64,000 nt of DNA from Octopus sinensis (taxonomy: Eukaryota), in contig NC_043020.1 in the NCBI RefSeq assembly GCF_006345805.1, forward strand, positions 9,052,001 through 9,116,000. Direction: 5' to 3'. The notes under the pieces were generated by a model. The model worked only from the letters and a program-made list of their open reading frames with translations. It searched no databases and was not told where the DNA came from. Positions within the stretch are counted from its first letter, which is position 1, and each line of letters begins with the position of its first letter. The translations under genes were made by a program, and so were the position numbers. Below are positions 47,947-60,685 of the stretch, piece by piece.

Positions 47947-48333
47947 GGAGGCGCAATGGCCCGGTGGTTAGGGCAGCGGACTCGCGGTCATAGGATCACG
48001 GTTTCGATTCCCAGACCAGGCGTTGTGAGTGTTTATTGAGCAAAAACACCTAAAGCTCCACTAGGTTCTGGCAGGGAATGGTGGTGATCCCTGCTGTACT
48101 CTTTCACCACAACTTTCTCTCACTCTTACATCCTGTTTCTGTTGTACCTGTATTTCAAAGGGCCGGCCTTGTCACTCTCTGTGTCACGCTGAATATCCCC
48201 GAGAACTACGTTAAGGGTACACGTGTCTGTGGAGTGCTCAGCCGCTTACACGTTAATTTCACGAGCAGGCTGTTCCGTTGATTCGGATCAACCGGAACCC
48301 TCATCGTCGTTACCAACGGAGTGCTTCCACTCC
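47947..48333 (+). mobile_element. SINE family D, full length with 16-bp TSD
   Basis: acatatagcagccagt at 47931-47946 and 48334-48349; tRNA-like head with A/B boxes. Confidence 0.9.
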
Positions 48334-48595
48334 ACATATAGCAGCCAGTTCTCCCTTGAACCACATTCCACCATCTTAGCAAGGGGCATGTTAGATAATG
48401 TGACCACTTTGTTCCCTACTCAACAAGAGGAAGGCAGAAAGGTCATGCCTGGATTGTATTTGATTGGGGAGTTAAACTACAAAAATGATGTTGTTTATAG
48501 AGCCAGATCATCTTTAAATCACATCTTGAGGTCTTAAATAAGGGGCGGACAGCATTAGGCAATGTAGTCCTAGATAGCCTTAAAAAAGACGAGAT

Positions 48596-49005
48596 AGGCG
48601 CAGGAGTGGCTGTGTGGTAACCAGCCACATGGTTCCGGGTTCAGTCCCACTGCGTGGCATCTTGAGCAAGTGTCTTCTGCTATAGCCCCGGGCCGACCAA
48701 TGCCTTGTGAGTGGATTTGGTAGACGGAAACTGAAAGAAGCCTGTTGTATATATGTATATATATATATATTATATATATATATATTATATATATATATAT
48801 GTATGTGTGTGTCTGTGTTTGTCCCCCTAGCATTGCTTGACAACCGATGCTGGTGTGTTTACGTCCCCGTCACTTAGCGGTTCGGCAAAAGAGACCGATA
48901 GAATAAGTACTAGGCTTACAAAGAATAAGTCCCGGGGTCGATTTGCTCGACTAAAGGCGGTGCTCCAGCATGGCCACAGTCAAATGACTGAAACAAGTAA
49001 AAGAG
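48596..49005 (+). mobile_element. SINE family A, full length
   Basis: ggcgcaggagtggc head to aacaagtaaaagag tail. Confidence 0.9.
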
Positions 49006-49215
49006 TAGTCACATCTGGAATGCGTTTAACTAGGATTGACTTTGAGCTGAAGAATAACAATAGTGATGATGGTAAATATTAGGAGTTAGATGGCATTTGT
49101 TGGTGACAGGAAAACGGGTGTTATGATGATGATGATACATATACACACACACACACGTGTATATATGGACCATATGGATAAGGGTGTAATGTATCTTTTG
49201 TTTCTTCTTTTTCAG

Positions 49216-49409
49216 CTATGCTGTGATAGCAACTGGTTGTGCCAGTTGTCCAAAACTGAAATGTGAGCGACCAGAGTGCGTGACAGATTTTTGTTACCAT
49301 TGTAAACAGATCTGGCACCCTAACCAAACGTGTGATGCCGCCAGAGCGGAGCGGTCGCCCAACATCCAAGCCCTCTCTCTCAACTACAGTCATGAGACTG
49401 GTTCACAGA
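49216..49409 (+). CDS. RNF19: RNF19-like coding exon 2 (IBR domain)
   Basis: (G)[43 protein letters not shown]; ttcAG acceptor, A|GTAAGT donor; 194 nt, phase 2 to 1. Confidence 0.95.
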
Positions 49410-49769
49410 GTAAGTACATTTCTCGTCTTTCTTATAAATGGTTGTTAAAAATGTTAGTTTTTGCTTCATGTAAGTTGGATGAATTTATTTTGATGGTTCT
49501 TATTTGGAGAGAATAGATTTAATGTAATTGACAGCATGATTAGTCTGTGCAATCCCATTTGATAATTTTTGTTAAGAAATCTTTTGAAATTGTCAGTAAT
49601 TAGAGCAATGCTTTTATTTTCAATAACGAGGTACATAAGAAAAGTCTTTAGGACTGTGAAAAATTTATTGTTCCAGCATAATTATACAAAACTAACAGAG
49701 ATAAAGCTCTGCTGTATATGGACACTCTTTGACAACAGCAGAACAGGACAGTGATTTTAGATGTAAGAG

Positions 49770-50355
49770 AGTCACCTAAACACTACCCAAACCCACCACT
49801 GCACCCCTAAAAAGTTAGCGGTCACTGTACGGTGGTCTGTGAAGGGAGTTATTCGTTATTCATTTTTGCAACAAGGAAAAATGGTAACAGGAACATCGTA
49901 TTGCCAGGAAATTGATTCTATGTATGGGAATTTGAAAAAGAAGCAACCCAGACTAGTGAATAGAGATGGCCCAATTTTGCTCCATGACAATGCACGTCCT
50001 CACACTCCTCAAGCTATGGTCCAAAAGCTGCAAAGCCTGAATTATGAGATTTTGCAACATCCTCCCTATTCCCCTGATATCTCTCCTACTGATCATCACT
50101 AATTTAAGCATTTTGAGCTTTTCATAAGCAATAAAATATTCTTAAATAGAGAAGAGGTAATTGAAGCATTCGGACAGTTTATCACAGCAAAAGATTAATT
50201 TTTTTTTAAAGATGGAATATATGACTTAGAGAAACATTGGGTAAACGTCATAAATGAACATGGATCATACTTTTATTCAATAAATCAGTTCTCTAACACT
50301 TCTGAAACATTTTGTTACCTTTCAAATACAACATTTCATGTGAAACAACCTAATA
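49770..50355 (+). pseudogene. mariner (DD34D) transposase 3' relic with right TIR
   Basis: ILLHDNARPH...HPPYSPDISPTD (34-aa spacing), stops and frameshifts; atttcatgtgaaacaacctaa-TA end. Confidence 0.9.
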
Positions 50356-50459
50356 CAAAGGAAATAACTAGAGATAATTAAACGGGCATGATTAAGCAAC
50401 AATAATTAAATGGAGATAATCAAATTAAATGGATCAAATAGTTTAGTAAAACTTGTGTG

Positions 50460-50690
50460 TCATCATTTAATGTCTGTTTTCCATGCTGGCATGGGTCGGA
50501 TGGTTGAATGGGAGCTGGCCAGCCAGAGGACTGCACCAGGCTCCAGTTGTCTGTTCTGGCATGGTTTCTATAGCCTGATGCCCTTTCTAATGCCAACCGT
50601 TTAACAGTGTATCCTGGCTGCTTTTCTACATGGTACCAGCGCTGGCATTCTTCTTCATGGTGCCAGCATGGGTGCTTTTTACATGACAAC
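50460..50690 (-). mobile_element. SINE family C
   Basis: Reverse-complement family motifs. Confidence 0.75.
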
Positions 50691-51269
50691 ACACACACAT
50701 CAAATACCAAATTAAAATATCTTTCGATGAATGTTTTTTTATTGCCAATAGATTCTCCCCTGTTGTCTTTGATTAATTTTAATTGTACATGTGATTAACC
50801 CTACCACCACCACCACAAAAAAAAAAAAAAAACAAATCTAGCCAATTATATAATTTTAAATTAGAAATATTTTTTTAGCTGTCAATGTTTAAGATGCCTG
50901 TATTATTAATGTTATTGTTGTTCATCATCTTGGGGTCCTTAGAATTAAGTAGCAGTCATATGCTGGGGTTGATGTAACCAACTGATCTTTCCACTCATCC
51001 CCACTCCTCAAAGTCTGTGGTTTTGAGTTCATCTTAGAAAAGGTGGATGGGGACGAAGGCAGGGTAGCAACCAAACATTTTACCTTCTTTTTCATTGTTC
51101 CGATTTTAATTTAAACTACCCTCTGTCCCTTTTCCTATCCTGTCCTATTAATGTGTCCCTTATAAATTTCACTCTGTGGTGAATAATAAAGAAGTTTTTG
51201 TTATTATTGTTAAAGTGGGCAATCGGGCAAGTGGGCAATCTGGCAAGTGGGCAATTTGGCAAGTGGGCA

Positions 51270-51950
51270 AGTTGGCAGAATTGTTACTCCACTGGACAAA
51301 ATGCTTAGCAGGGTTTCATCCTGCTCTTTACATTCTGAGTTCACATTCTGCTGAGGTTGATTTTACCTTTCATCTCCCCTCATTTTTTATTCTTGGTTGG
51401 GGTGGGGTGTCAATAAAATAGAGAACCCGTTGAACACACAGGGGTCTATGTAATTGACTTAGCCCCTCCCCTCAAAATTGATGGCTTTGTGTCAGAATTT
51501 GAAGCAATTCTTGCCATTAGAATGATTAGCACATCAGACAAACTGCTCAGTGGCCTTCCTGCTGGTTTTACATTCTGAGTTCAGATTCTGGTGAGGTCAG
51601 CTTTGCTTTTCATCCTTTTGAGGGTCGATAAAACAAGGACCACTGGGGCTGATGTAATTCACTAATTCCTTTGCCCCCTAAAATTTCAGGCCTTGTACCC
51701 ATAATAGAAAGTATTGTTATCATGATAATGATGATTATAAAGCAGTGGGTTGGCAGAATCGTTAGCACACCAGGCAGTGCTTAGCGGTATTTCATCTGTC
51801 TTTATGATCTGAGTTCAAATTCTGCCACAGTCGACTTTGCTTTTTATCCTTTCAGAGGTGTTGAAATAAATACCAGTTACACACTGGGGTTGATATAATT
51901 GACTTGCCCCCCCCCCCCATTTCAACCCTTGTTCCTATAGTATAAAGGAT
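51270..51950 (+). mobile_element. Tandem run of 3 diverged SINE B copies
   Basis: ctgagttca(c/g/a)attctg...ctttcatcc repeated. Confidence 0.7.
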
Positions 51951-53051
51951 TATTAGTGTTATTATTATTACTGTTTGAAAAGGAAGATGAGGTTAGAGAG
52001 GAGAGTGCTGTCCGATAGCAAGTTTTCTGAAAGGTGGGTGAATTGTGCAAGAATGGCCAGTATAAATGGACCAATTCTCAGGTTTCGCCTGTGATTGAAA
52101 AAGGTTTTATGAAAGGAGAAAGGGGGCTCTCTACCCCCCTTTTGACCAGGCTCCCGTTGGCTTTTATGGGTTTTTTTCCACCAGGAACCTTTCGAAGCGC
52201 CTCCCCCTATTGGGAGTTTTTCATTGTTAAATATTTTGTTGCAGTTTTTTACACGGATTTTTACAAACGGACAAAACCCTTTGTAACCTTTCGTCCTGTT
52301 TTGTCCCTTTATGTTTACTAATCATGTGTGTCAGCCCTTGTGGCCAATAAAAAGAATAAATTATTATTATTATTATTGACCCCCTTCTCCTCCCTTCATC
52401 TTTCCAGGGTTAATAAGATAAAGTACCACTGAAGTACACCTATCAGTTTCCTTGCCTATCTCCTCTCTCTTGCACTTCTGTTAGAAAAGATGACTGTTAT
52501 CATCATCATCATCATCATCGTCGTCGTCATCGTTGTGGTTGTTATGGTTAAGTTGTTCTGAAGGAAGCGTGTGTTCTGCAAGTGTAGCAAATAAATATTG
52601 TAATAGTCTTGCTAGGTTATTGATCTTGGGTGTTTATTATTAGACGAGACAAAACTAGTCTTGGACTACTGTGAAATTATGACAATTAACTTGTCTCTCT
52701 TGCTTTGTTGTGTGTGTGTGTATGCACACACATACACATTAACACGCACACACAGATACATATGTATGTATCTTTTCTCTCATGCTTGTTTCTGTAATTA
52801 AACTACTACCGATGTTGTAAAATCATCCTTGTTTCTCTTATTCCCACCTGTCTGTCGGTCTCTGTTTCTCTCTCTCTCTCTCTGACATCGAAGTGTGTGT
52901 GATTGTAGCTGACAGTACTGAGTTCAATCCCAACTGTGGTTGTGTCTGAAGGAGGAACCAATTCTTCCTTCAAGGTGACTGTTAAACCACAGACACACCA
53001 CACAAAGACAAGTATTTGGTGGCCCCAATGTTAATACACATAACACACACA

Positions 53052-53097
<46 letters not shown>

Positions 53098-53184
53098 CTA
53101 ATGGAAAAACATTAGAGTTGTTTGACATGCTAGAAATAGCAACCAATCTCCCTTGAAGTCCACTGTATCAAAATGGTACATTGG

Positions 53185-53903
53185 TTAACCATTTGCCTGT
53201 CCAAAGCATTTTCATAAGTTTGTGCTAAATGTTCATACTTGCTTTCAGATTTTTTAATTAACCCTTGTTTCATATGTTCTTTATAATATAAAACTTTCCC
53301 TTTCATAAGACCCAAATTACTCTAATGGTTTAAAAAAAAGTTGGAAATGTGTATCGTATGTATGGACATCAGGGAAATATGTCCTGTTTATCAGACGATT
53401 ACACTGGACATGCAAAAAGTTAAGCAGTTCTGTTAGAGACAGTTTTAGTATAACTTTCGTGAATTATGTTACATGAAATGTGTCTTTATAATGAAGTAAT
53501 TTGTGACATTAACCCTTTGCCTGTCCAAAGCGTTTTCATAAGTTTGTCTTGAATGTCCTATGCTTGTTTTCAGGTTTTTAGTTAACCCTGGTTTCGTACG
53601 TTCTGAGTAATACAAAGCTTTCCCTTTACAAGTCCTAAATTATTCTGGGGGTTGAAAGAAATTGGGAATCTGTATAATAATAAGATGTATGAACACCAGG
53701 GAAAGATAGTTCTATATTTAAGAGATGAGGAATTATGTGCATTATTTACATTATTTACATTTGACGGATATATCAGCCGAAATGTTTTGTTAACAAGATG
53801 AGGACAAATATCTGTCAAATGTAAATAATGTACCAGGGAAATATGTCCTGTGTATCAGATGTGATACATCGAACATGTAAAGAGTCGAGTTAATCTGGGT
53901 TAA
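53185..53903 (+). mobile_element. Two tandem piggyBac-type MITEs (P3); the second (53509-53903) carries a nested 128-bp insert
   Basis: TTAA-cc(c/a)tttgcctgtcc starts; second ends ctggg-TTAA; accagggaa duplicated at 53695-53703 and 53832-53840. Confidence 0.7.
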
Positions 53904-54357
53904 AAGAAGGGATATCTACAGCGAGGTTATTTTTGATCATTGAACTGCTTGTTCCGGGCCTGCCTTGTGTTAAACAATAACAATATCAGTACATAAGCAG
54001 AGTACTCAATACTTAATGAAGCAGTGTTTATTAATGGTGTCTTGGAATGTAAAAGGGTTCGGTAGTTAGGTGGGTGTTATCTTTTTTACTCAACATAAAT
54101 AAATCAAATACACTCAGCTTCATGTATTGAGTGCAACTTTTCTCGTAAACATTTGTAAATATGTGTGTGGGTATGTACACATACACATCCATTTATATGT
54201 GTATATGCCTATATACATATACACACAAGTGTGTGTGGGTGTGCGTGTCTATATACACACACACCCATTTGGTCTATCTACCTATCGATCTCTCTGTTTA
54301 GCTATACACATCCACACATTTGTATGTATATACATACACGTTTCTGTATGTATATAA

Positions 54358-54518
54358 ACACAGGAGTGGCTGTGTGGTAAGTAGCTTGCTTACCAACCAC
54401 ATGGTTCCGGGTGCAATCCCACTGTGTAGCACCTTGGGCAAGTGTCTTCTACTATAGCCTCAGGCCGACCAAAGCCTTGTGAGTGGATTTGGTAGACGGA
54501 AACTGAAAGAAGCCCATC

Positions 54519-54549
<31 letters not shown>

Positions 54550-54740
54550 TTTGTTCCTCCAACATTGCTCGACAACCAATGCTGGTGTGTTTACGTCCCC
54601 GTAATGTAGCGGTTTGGCAAAAGAGACCGATAGAATAAGTACTGGGCTTACAAAGAATAAGTCCTGGGATCAATTTGCTCGACCAAAGGCAGTGCTCCAG
54701 CATGGCCACAGTCAAATGACTGACACAAGTAAAAGAAAAA
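54358..54740 (+). mobile_element. SINE family A, full length
   Basis: Head to tail motifs. Confidence 0.9.
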
Positions 54741-54905
54741 AAATACACATGTTTGTGTGTGTGTGTGTGTGTGTGTATATATTTATGTGTCTGCATATGT
54801 ATATATATATAATGTTCACATGTTTGTGTGTGTGTATATGTATATATACCCTGTACACACCGGTTTGTGTATGCATATATAATGTGTTTAACCTTGTCGT
54901 TTTAG

Positions 54906-55050
54906 GGGACGACATCAAGCCATGTCCACGATGCACAGCCTTCATCACCAAGATGAACGATGGTTCCTGCAACCACATGAAGTGCACAGTGTGTGGCACC
55001 GAATTCTGTTGGCTTTGTATGAAAGAGATTTCAGACCTTCATTATTTAAG
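54906..55050 (+). CDS. RNF19: RNF19-like coding exon 3 (RING2/Rcat with catalytic Cys)
   Basis: (R)[47 protein letters not shown]; tttAG acceptor, AG|GTAAGT donor; 145 nt, phase 1 to 2. Confidence 0.95.
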
Positions 55051-55389
55051 GTAAGTTATTGATTATATTGATCCACGTTATCGATTGATGGCATTATTGA
55101 TTTGTTGTGTTATCTAGTATTTCTTGTAGGAAAGGTTTTGCTCTACCTCGTCTGGCAGAGAAGTTAAAAGTTGAAACTGGATTATTTTGTAACTCACTGC
55201 TTCCACCTTTACCACCACCACCAACACTACTACTACTGCTGCTGCTGTTGCTGCTGCAACAATGAAAATTGCCACTGCTTTCTTTCGTTGAGAAAGTCTT
55301 TCTCCACACACACACACACCTACACACACATACACACACAATGCATAAGAACAGATGCATAGCAACAGACAATGCACAAAAGCAGATAT

Positions 55390-56070
55390 ATATATATACT
55401 CAAGTGCTGAATACCTCCACCACGCCACTCGATGCACCAACACCGCAATGCTTGATGCACCAATGCTACAGTGCTGTTTCCTCTCAGTGCTACAATTCTC
55501 AGTTGCCACGACCGTCAACCCTCCATGCTCAGTGTTACAGCCTTGGTTGCTATGACCATCAATGCTCAGTGCCACAATCCTCAACACCATGACGCTCAAC
55601 ACTATATGCAACCTACAATGCTCAATGCTACAACCCTCAATGCTGCTACTTTCTGTGCTTCGGCCCTCAACACTGTGCTCAATGCTACAACACTCAGTAC
55701 CATCAGCTCAAACAGTGACAGTCACACTTGCAACACTCAGTTCTTTTGTACCCAATCCTCAGTGCCACGATGCTCAACACTATATGCAACCGACAATGCT
55801 CAATGCTATACAACCCTCAATGCTGCTACTTTCTGTGCTTCAGTGCTCATTACTTCAGCCCTCAACACTCAGTACCATCAGCTCAAACAGAGTGACAGTC
55901 AAATTTGCAACACTCAGTTCTTTGGTACCCCAATGCTCAGTGCTACCCACTCCTCAAAAACTTGATGTTCAAATGCTCAGTGCTGCACAACCCTCGGTGC
56001 TTGATGTCCAATGTTTGTAATACTCAGTGTTACTCAACATTGAATGTCCAGTGGCTACACCGCTCAGTGC
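55390..56070. repeat. Cryptic ctcaa/ctcag repeat with a 178-bp duplication
   Basis: gctcaacactatatgcaacc at 55594 and 55772. Confidence 0.75.
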
Positions 56071-57164
56071 CATTCAACCCTCGGCCACCACTTTCCACTT
56101 CAAGGCTCCAAAACTTGACACAGGCATACATAAAAACTGTCAGTTTGGTGTTGTACTGACTTTTAAATTCTATTGTTTAAACATGACCTATATAGCATTA
56201 CATGTGTGCGCATGTGTGTCTCTTTGTGTCACTCTCACTCCTCCTCTCTTCCTCTCTCCACCATCCCCCCTTATCCTATTTCATTCTGTGTATCAAATAT
56301 TTACATCTGTCCCCCCCCCCCACTTCCCCCCCCCACCACCACCAATCATCACTCTACAAAACTCTGCCTGTAACTCTTCACGAAAAGTTCAACTTGAATA
56401 GCAACCGTTTGACCTATATACACACACACACACAAATATATATATTAAAGTATTTTGTTGTTGAACACTCTTCTATATTATTTGTGTGTGTGTGTGAGAG
56501 AGAGAGAGCTAGGAACTATATTCTGCTGTGTGCACATCTGTTTCTACGCATGGGAAAAGCTCTACAGATGTGTGTAAGTGAAACGGACAGGAAATGCTAT
56601 AGTTGTTGTTTAGCCCCAGGTCAGATTTGATCCATCAAGCAAGCCTATCATCAAAGGTGTCCTCCCAGGGATGCCGATTCTATGGCTATCTTATCAAATG
56701 GGTCCTGCTTTCTTGGGTTTTTATTTCAAAGATGATAGTGTGATGTTTGGGAAATTTGGCTGCTGTTGCTAGCAGATCAAGCAATTGTGTAGAGTAATCA
56801 GAAAGGCTGGGTAATTCTTTTAGTACTAGGGGCAGGTTACAAATCTATAAGAATCGGTCATGGCAGGCAGGGATGGGTTTGACTTGTCCTGAGAAAATAA
56901 AGAACTTCTAATTTCACAAATTCATAATTATGTAATTACTGTTTTGGAAGGGTTAATGACGAACATGGGACAGTTTGCCCTCTGGCAGGGAAGGAAGTTG
57001 TTTCCCACTTTCAGTGTAGAAATACCTGTATTGGCTCTAAGTGTGTGTGTGTGTGTTTAACCATGATCAGCCTATCTTCCGTCTATTTTAGATTTTTCCA
57101 GTTTAAAATAAAAACCCATACCATTCAGGATTAACCTGATATACTGTGTGGACAGCAACCATAT

Positions 57165-57485
57165 AAGAAATTCTTTCACTGGATTGTCTAATCCCTTATA
57201 GCATAGTCCCTCACTGGGTTATCTAATCCCTTATAAGAAATTCCCTCACTGGATTGTCTAATCCCTTATAGCATAGTCCCTCACTGGGTTATCTAATCCC
57301 TTATAAGAAATTCCCTCACTGGATTGTCTAATCCCTTATAGCATAGTCCATCACTGGGTTATCTAATCCCTTATAAGAAATTCTTTCACTGGATTGTCTA
57401 ATCCCTTATAGCATAGTCCCTCACTGGGTTATCTAATCCCTTATAAGAAATTCCCTCACTGGATTGTCTAATTCCTTACAGCATT
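57165..57485. repeat. 70-bp higher-order repeat of alternating 35-bp monomers
   Basis: aagaaatt at 57165, 57235, 57305, 57375, 57445; A and B monomers share tcactgg...ctaatcccttat. Confidence 0.95.
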
Positions 57486-57743
57486 ATCTAAACCCTTATA
57501 AAAAAGTTCCTTTGCTGGATTAGCTAATCTCACCAAATTGTTTAATCTCTTTTAAGAAAATCTTTTACTAGGTTATGCAATCCTTTGTCAAATTATGCTT
57601 TTTTTTTTACTGAATTGTGTTAATCCTTTGTTGGACCATGTTATCCTTCTCCAACCTCTCAAAGTTGGTAGGAAGTTCTGTTAAGGAGTAGAGTAAGGAA
57701 TTAAAGTAAATTTATAGAGATTACTTCTCCGATTCCTCTAATC

Positions 57744-57996
57744 TGGTGGTTCTCAACTGGGGGATCGATATAAGATTTTTTGGTTAAAATTTGTGCAAAG
57801 ACTTGGCTTCACTTCTACAATGCACAAAATATCTTAACACTTCATTTTAATACATTTTCTAATAATATTTAATTATAAAAGTACAATTGGATTGTTTTTA
57901 AAACATTAAATGATTATGGTTGGCAAGGGAGACCATGAGAGTAAATTAAGAGTCAGAGAGGTTTATAGGTAAAAAAAAAGGGGGTGAGAATCACTG
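57744..57996 (+). mobile_element. hAT-type MITE
   Basis: tggtggttctcaa / gagaatcactg TIRs; 8-bp TSD ctctaatc/ctccagtc (6 of 8). Confidence 0.7.
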
Positions 57997-58194
57997 CTCC
58001 AGTCCCTCTTCCATTTTAAAACTATATCAACCGAGGGTCATTTAGCTGCTATATTGGACTGATTAATTACATAAAAGTCAAAGGAAATTTTGTATTAAAA
58101 GAATTGGAACCAGTGTTTTGGGTTCAGTCCTTTTATGGAAGAAAAGAAATGAAAATAGTTCCATGCTTGGTTATCTGAGTGTCAGTGTCAGATA

Positions 58195-58430
58195 TTTTCC
58201 TCTCCTCCTTAGTGAAGGCGGAGGTATTGTTTTCAGTTGTGTTTGTTTGTTGGTTTGTCCGTGGACAAGATATCTTAAGAACTGCTGGATGGATTCGGAT
58301 GAAACTTTCAGGGATGTTTGGCCTCGTGACTGGCACAAACTGATTAGATTTTGGGATCAATCTGGTACCGGACAAGGATTCTGGATTATTTTTCCGATTT
58401 TTTTCTTTTTTACTTTACACGTATATATAA
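58195..58430 (+). mobile_element. Helentron/DINE-like non-autonomous element, 5' part
   Basis: Subterminal cctcc...ggagg hairpin, then tgtttg microsatellite and ggatggattcggatgaaacttt motif. Confidence 0.5.
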
Positions 58431-58440
58431 AGTTCCACAT

Positions 58441-58830
58441 AGGCGCAGGAGTGGCTGTGTGGTAAGTAGCTTGTTTACCAACCACATGGTTCCGGGTTCA
58501 GTCCCACTGCGTGGCATCTTGGGCAAGTGTCTTCTTCTAAAGCCTCGGGCAGACCAAAGCCTTGTGAGTGGATTTGGTAGACGGAAACTGAAAGAAGCCC
58601 GTCGTATATATGTATATGTGTGTGTATGTTTGTGTTTGTCCCCCTAGCATTGCTTGACAACCGATGCTGGTGTGTTTATGTCCCCATCACTTAGCGGTTC
58701 GGCAAAAAAGAGACCGATAGAATAAGTACTGGGCTTACAAAGAATAAGTCCCGGGGTCGAGTTGCTCGATTAAAGGCGGTGCTCCAGCATGGCCGCAGTC
58801 AAATGACTGAAACGAGTAAGAGAAAAAAGA
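58441..58830 (+). mobile_element. SINE family A, full length
   Basis: Head to tail motifs. Confidence 0.9.
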
Positions 58831-59189
58831 GAGAGAAATAGTTCTCTTGTTCACGCACATTTTCAGTGTTGAACATTACCATCCCATTTCCATTGTACAC
58901 ACACACACACACACACACAAATATACCTTTCTTTTACACACACACATATACTCACACTTGAAACAATGTTTATTGGCTTATTCACTCCTTCCCTTGTTAT
59001 TCATCTATCACCCCTTCCTTTCTCATCCATATGACGCTCTCTTTGCCTCTTCGTTTCGTCTTTCTCGTCGTCACTACTTTCTCTCACTTTCTCTCAGTCA
59101 TGGCTATTACTCTCAATACTTCTCCTACACTGTTTTAGTATTTCATCTCCTCTCCCTTCACCTCTCACTCAATATATTCTTTTACTCTT

Positions 59190-59600
59190 TTTTACTCTTT
59201 TACTTGTTTCAGTCATTTGACTGCGGCCATGCTGGAGCACCGCCTTTAGTCGAGCAAATCAACCCCGGGACTTATTCTTTGTAAGCCCAGTACTTATTCT
59301 ATCGGTCTCTTTTGCCGAACCGCTAAGTGACGGGTACGTAAACACACCAGCATTGGTTGTCAAGCGATGGTGGTGGGGGGACAAACACAGACACACAAAC
59401 ATATACACACACACTTATATATATATATACATATATACGACAGGCTTCTTTCAGTTTCCGTCTACCAAATCCTCTCACAAGGCATTGGTCGGCCCGGGGC
59501 TATAGCAGAAGACACTTGCCCAAGATGCCACGCAGTGGGACTGAACCTAGAACCATGTGGTTGGTTAGCAAGCTACTTACCACACAGCCACTCCTGCGCC
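59190..59600 (-). mobile_element. SINE family A, full length
   Basis: Reverse-complement head to tail motifs. Confidence 0.9.
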
Positions 59601-60553
59601 TATATGTATATATTTGGATTATTTTTCCATTTGAGAGCGGTCAGGTTCATCTTTAGTATTCTCATTTGTGAGAGCAGTCGAGTTTATTTCAGATATTCTC
59701 ATTTTAAAAATCATCTAATCGTTGAAAGGGCATTGGTGTTGCCTTGGTGGAGGTTTGCGCTCTTTGAGTGCTCGTTACATATCATTACTGCTTTGATTAC
59801 TATAATTAATTTAATTACCACATATCTTTCAGATTCTTTATTTCGAATACTGATTCTCATTAGCTTTTTTTTTTTTTTTTTTTTTAACCGATTCTTGATT
59901 TTACATAAAAACTAGTCAAGTGTCCAATCTCCTTTGAAAACAAAGTAGGTTGGATTAGAACTTTATTTTGGTTAACTGAACCAAATTCCATTCTGAAACG
60001 TAAAAGTGTGAATCTCTGGTGGGGGTGAGTGTGTGTGTGCTGATATAAAATATGTAAACAATGTCAAAGATATAAAAATAACCACAGCGATCTTTTGTTT
60101 TCTGTCAATGTATACACATATTGCATTGGTGCTGAGCTGGCAGAAATGTAAACACACAGGACGAAACGCTTAGAGCTATTTTCGTCTGTCTTTATGTTCT
60201 GAGTTCAGATTTGATTAAATAAGAACTGGACAAATATCATTATCGTCATCATCATCATCGTCAAATAGATTCAACAGTGGGATCAAATGTGACTGCAGCC
60301 TTCATTTCCTGAAATCTGTGGCCCCTGTGTGAAATCTGTGGCCCCTGTGTCAATGCTAGAAAACATTGTTTTGTTATTGAGTCAGGATACCACCATGGCT
60401 TGGCCCATGTTGTTTGTCATCATCATCATAATTAGTGTGGTGAGATCATGTGACTCATGTAACCTATCAGGTTGGTTTTCCTACATGAAATGAGTTTGTG
60501 TGTTTGAATGTATCTGAAGCTTCTTTTTAAGTACAAATTTCAGGTTAGAAGTG

Positions 60554-60584
<31 letters not shown>

Positions 60585-60685
60585 TGTGGTTGTATGAATT
60601 GTAGATTGGTCGTGTCTATGTTGTAGTATGAAGTTTATGTTGTGTGTGTGACTGTTTGTGTTTTTACCCGACCCTAAACATTTTG

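Noticed and set aside
52040-52350. 95-aa ORF in unique-looking sequence
   Set aside because: Ends in a SINE-B-like tail and is full of lengthened homopolymers; probably a LINE 3' end with sequencing noise
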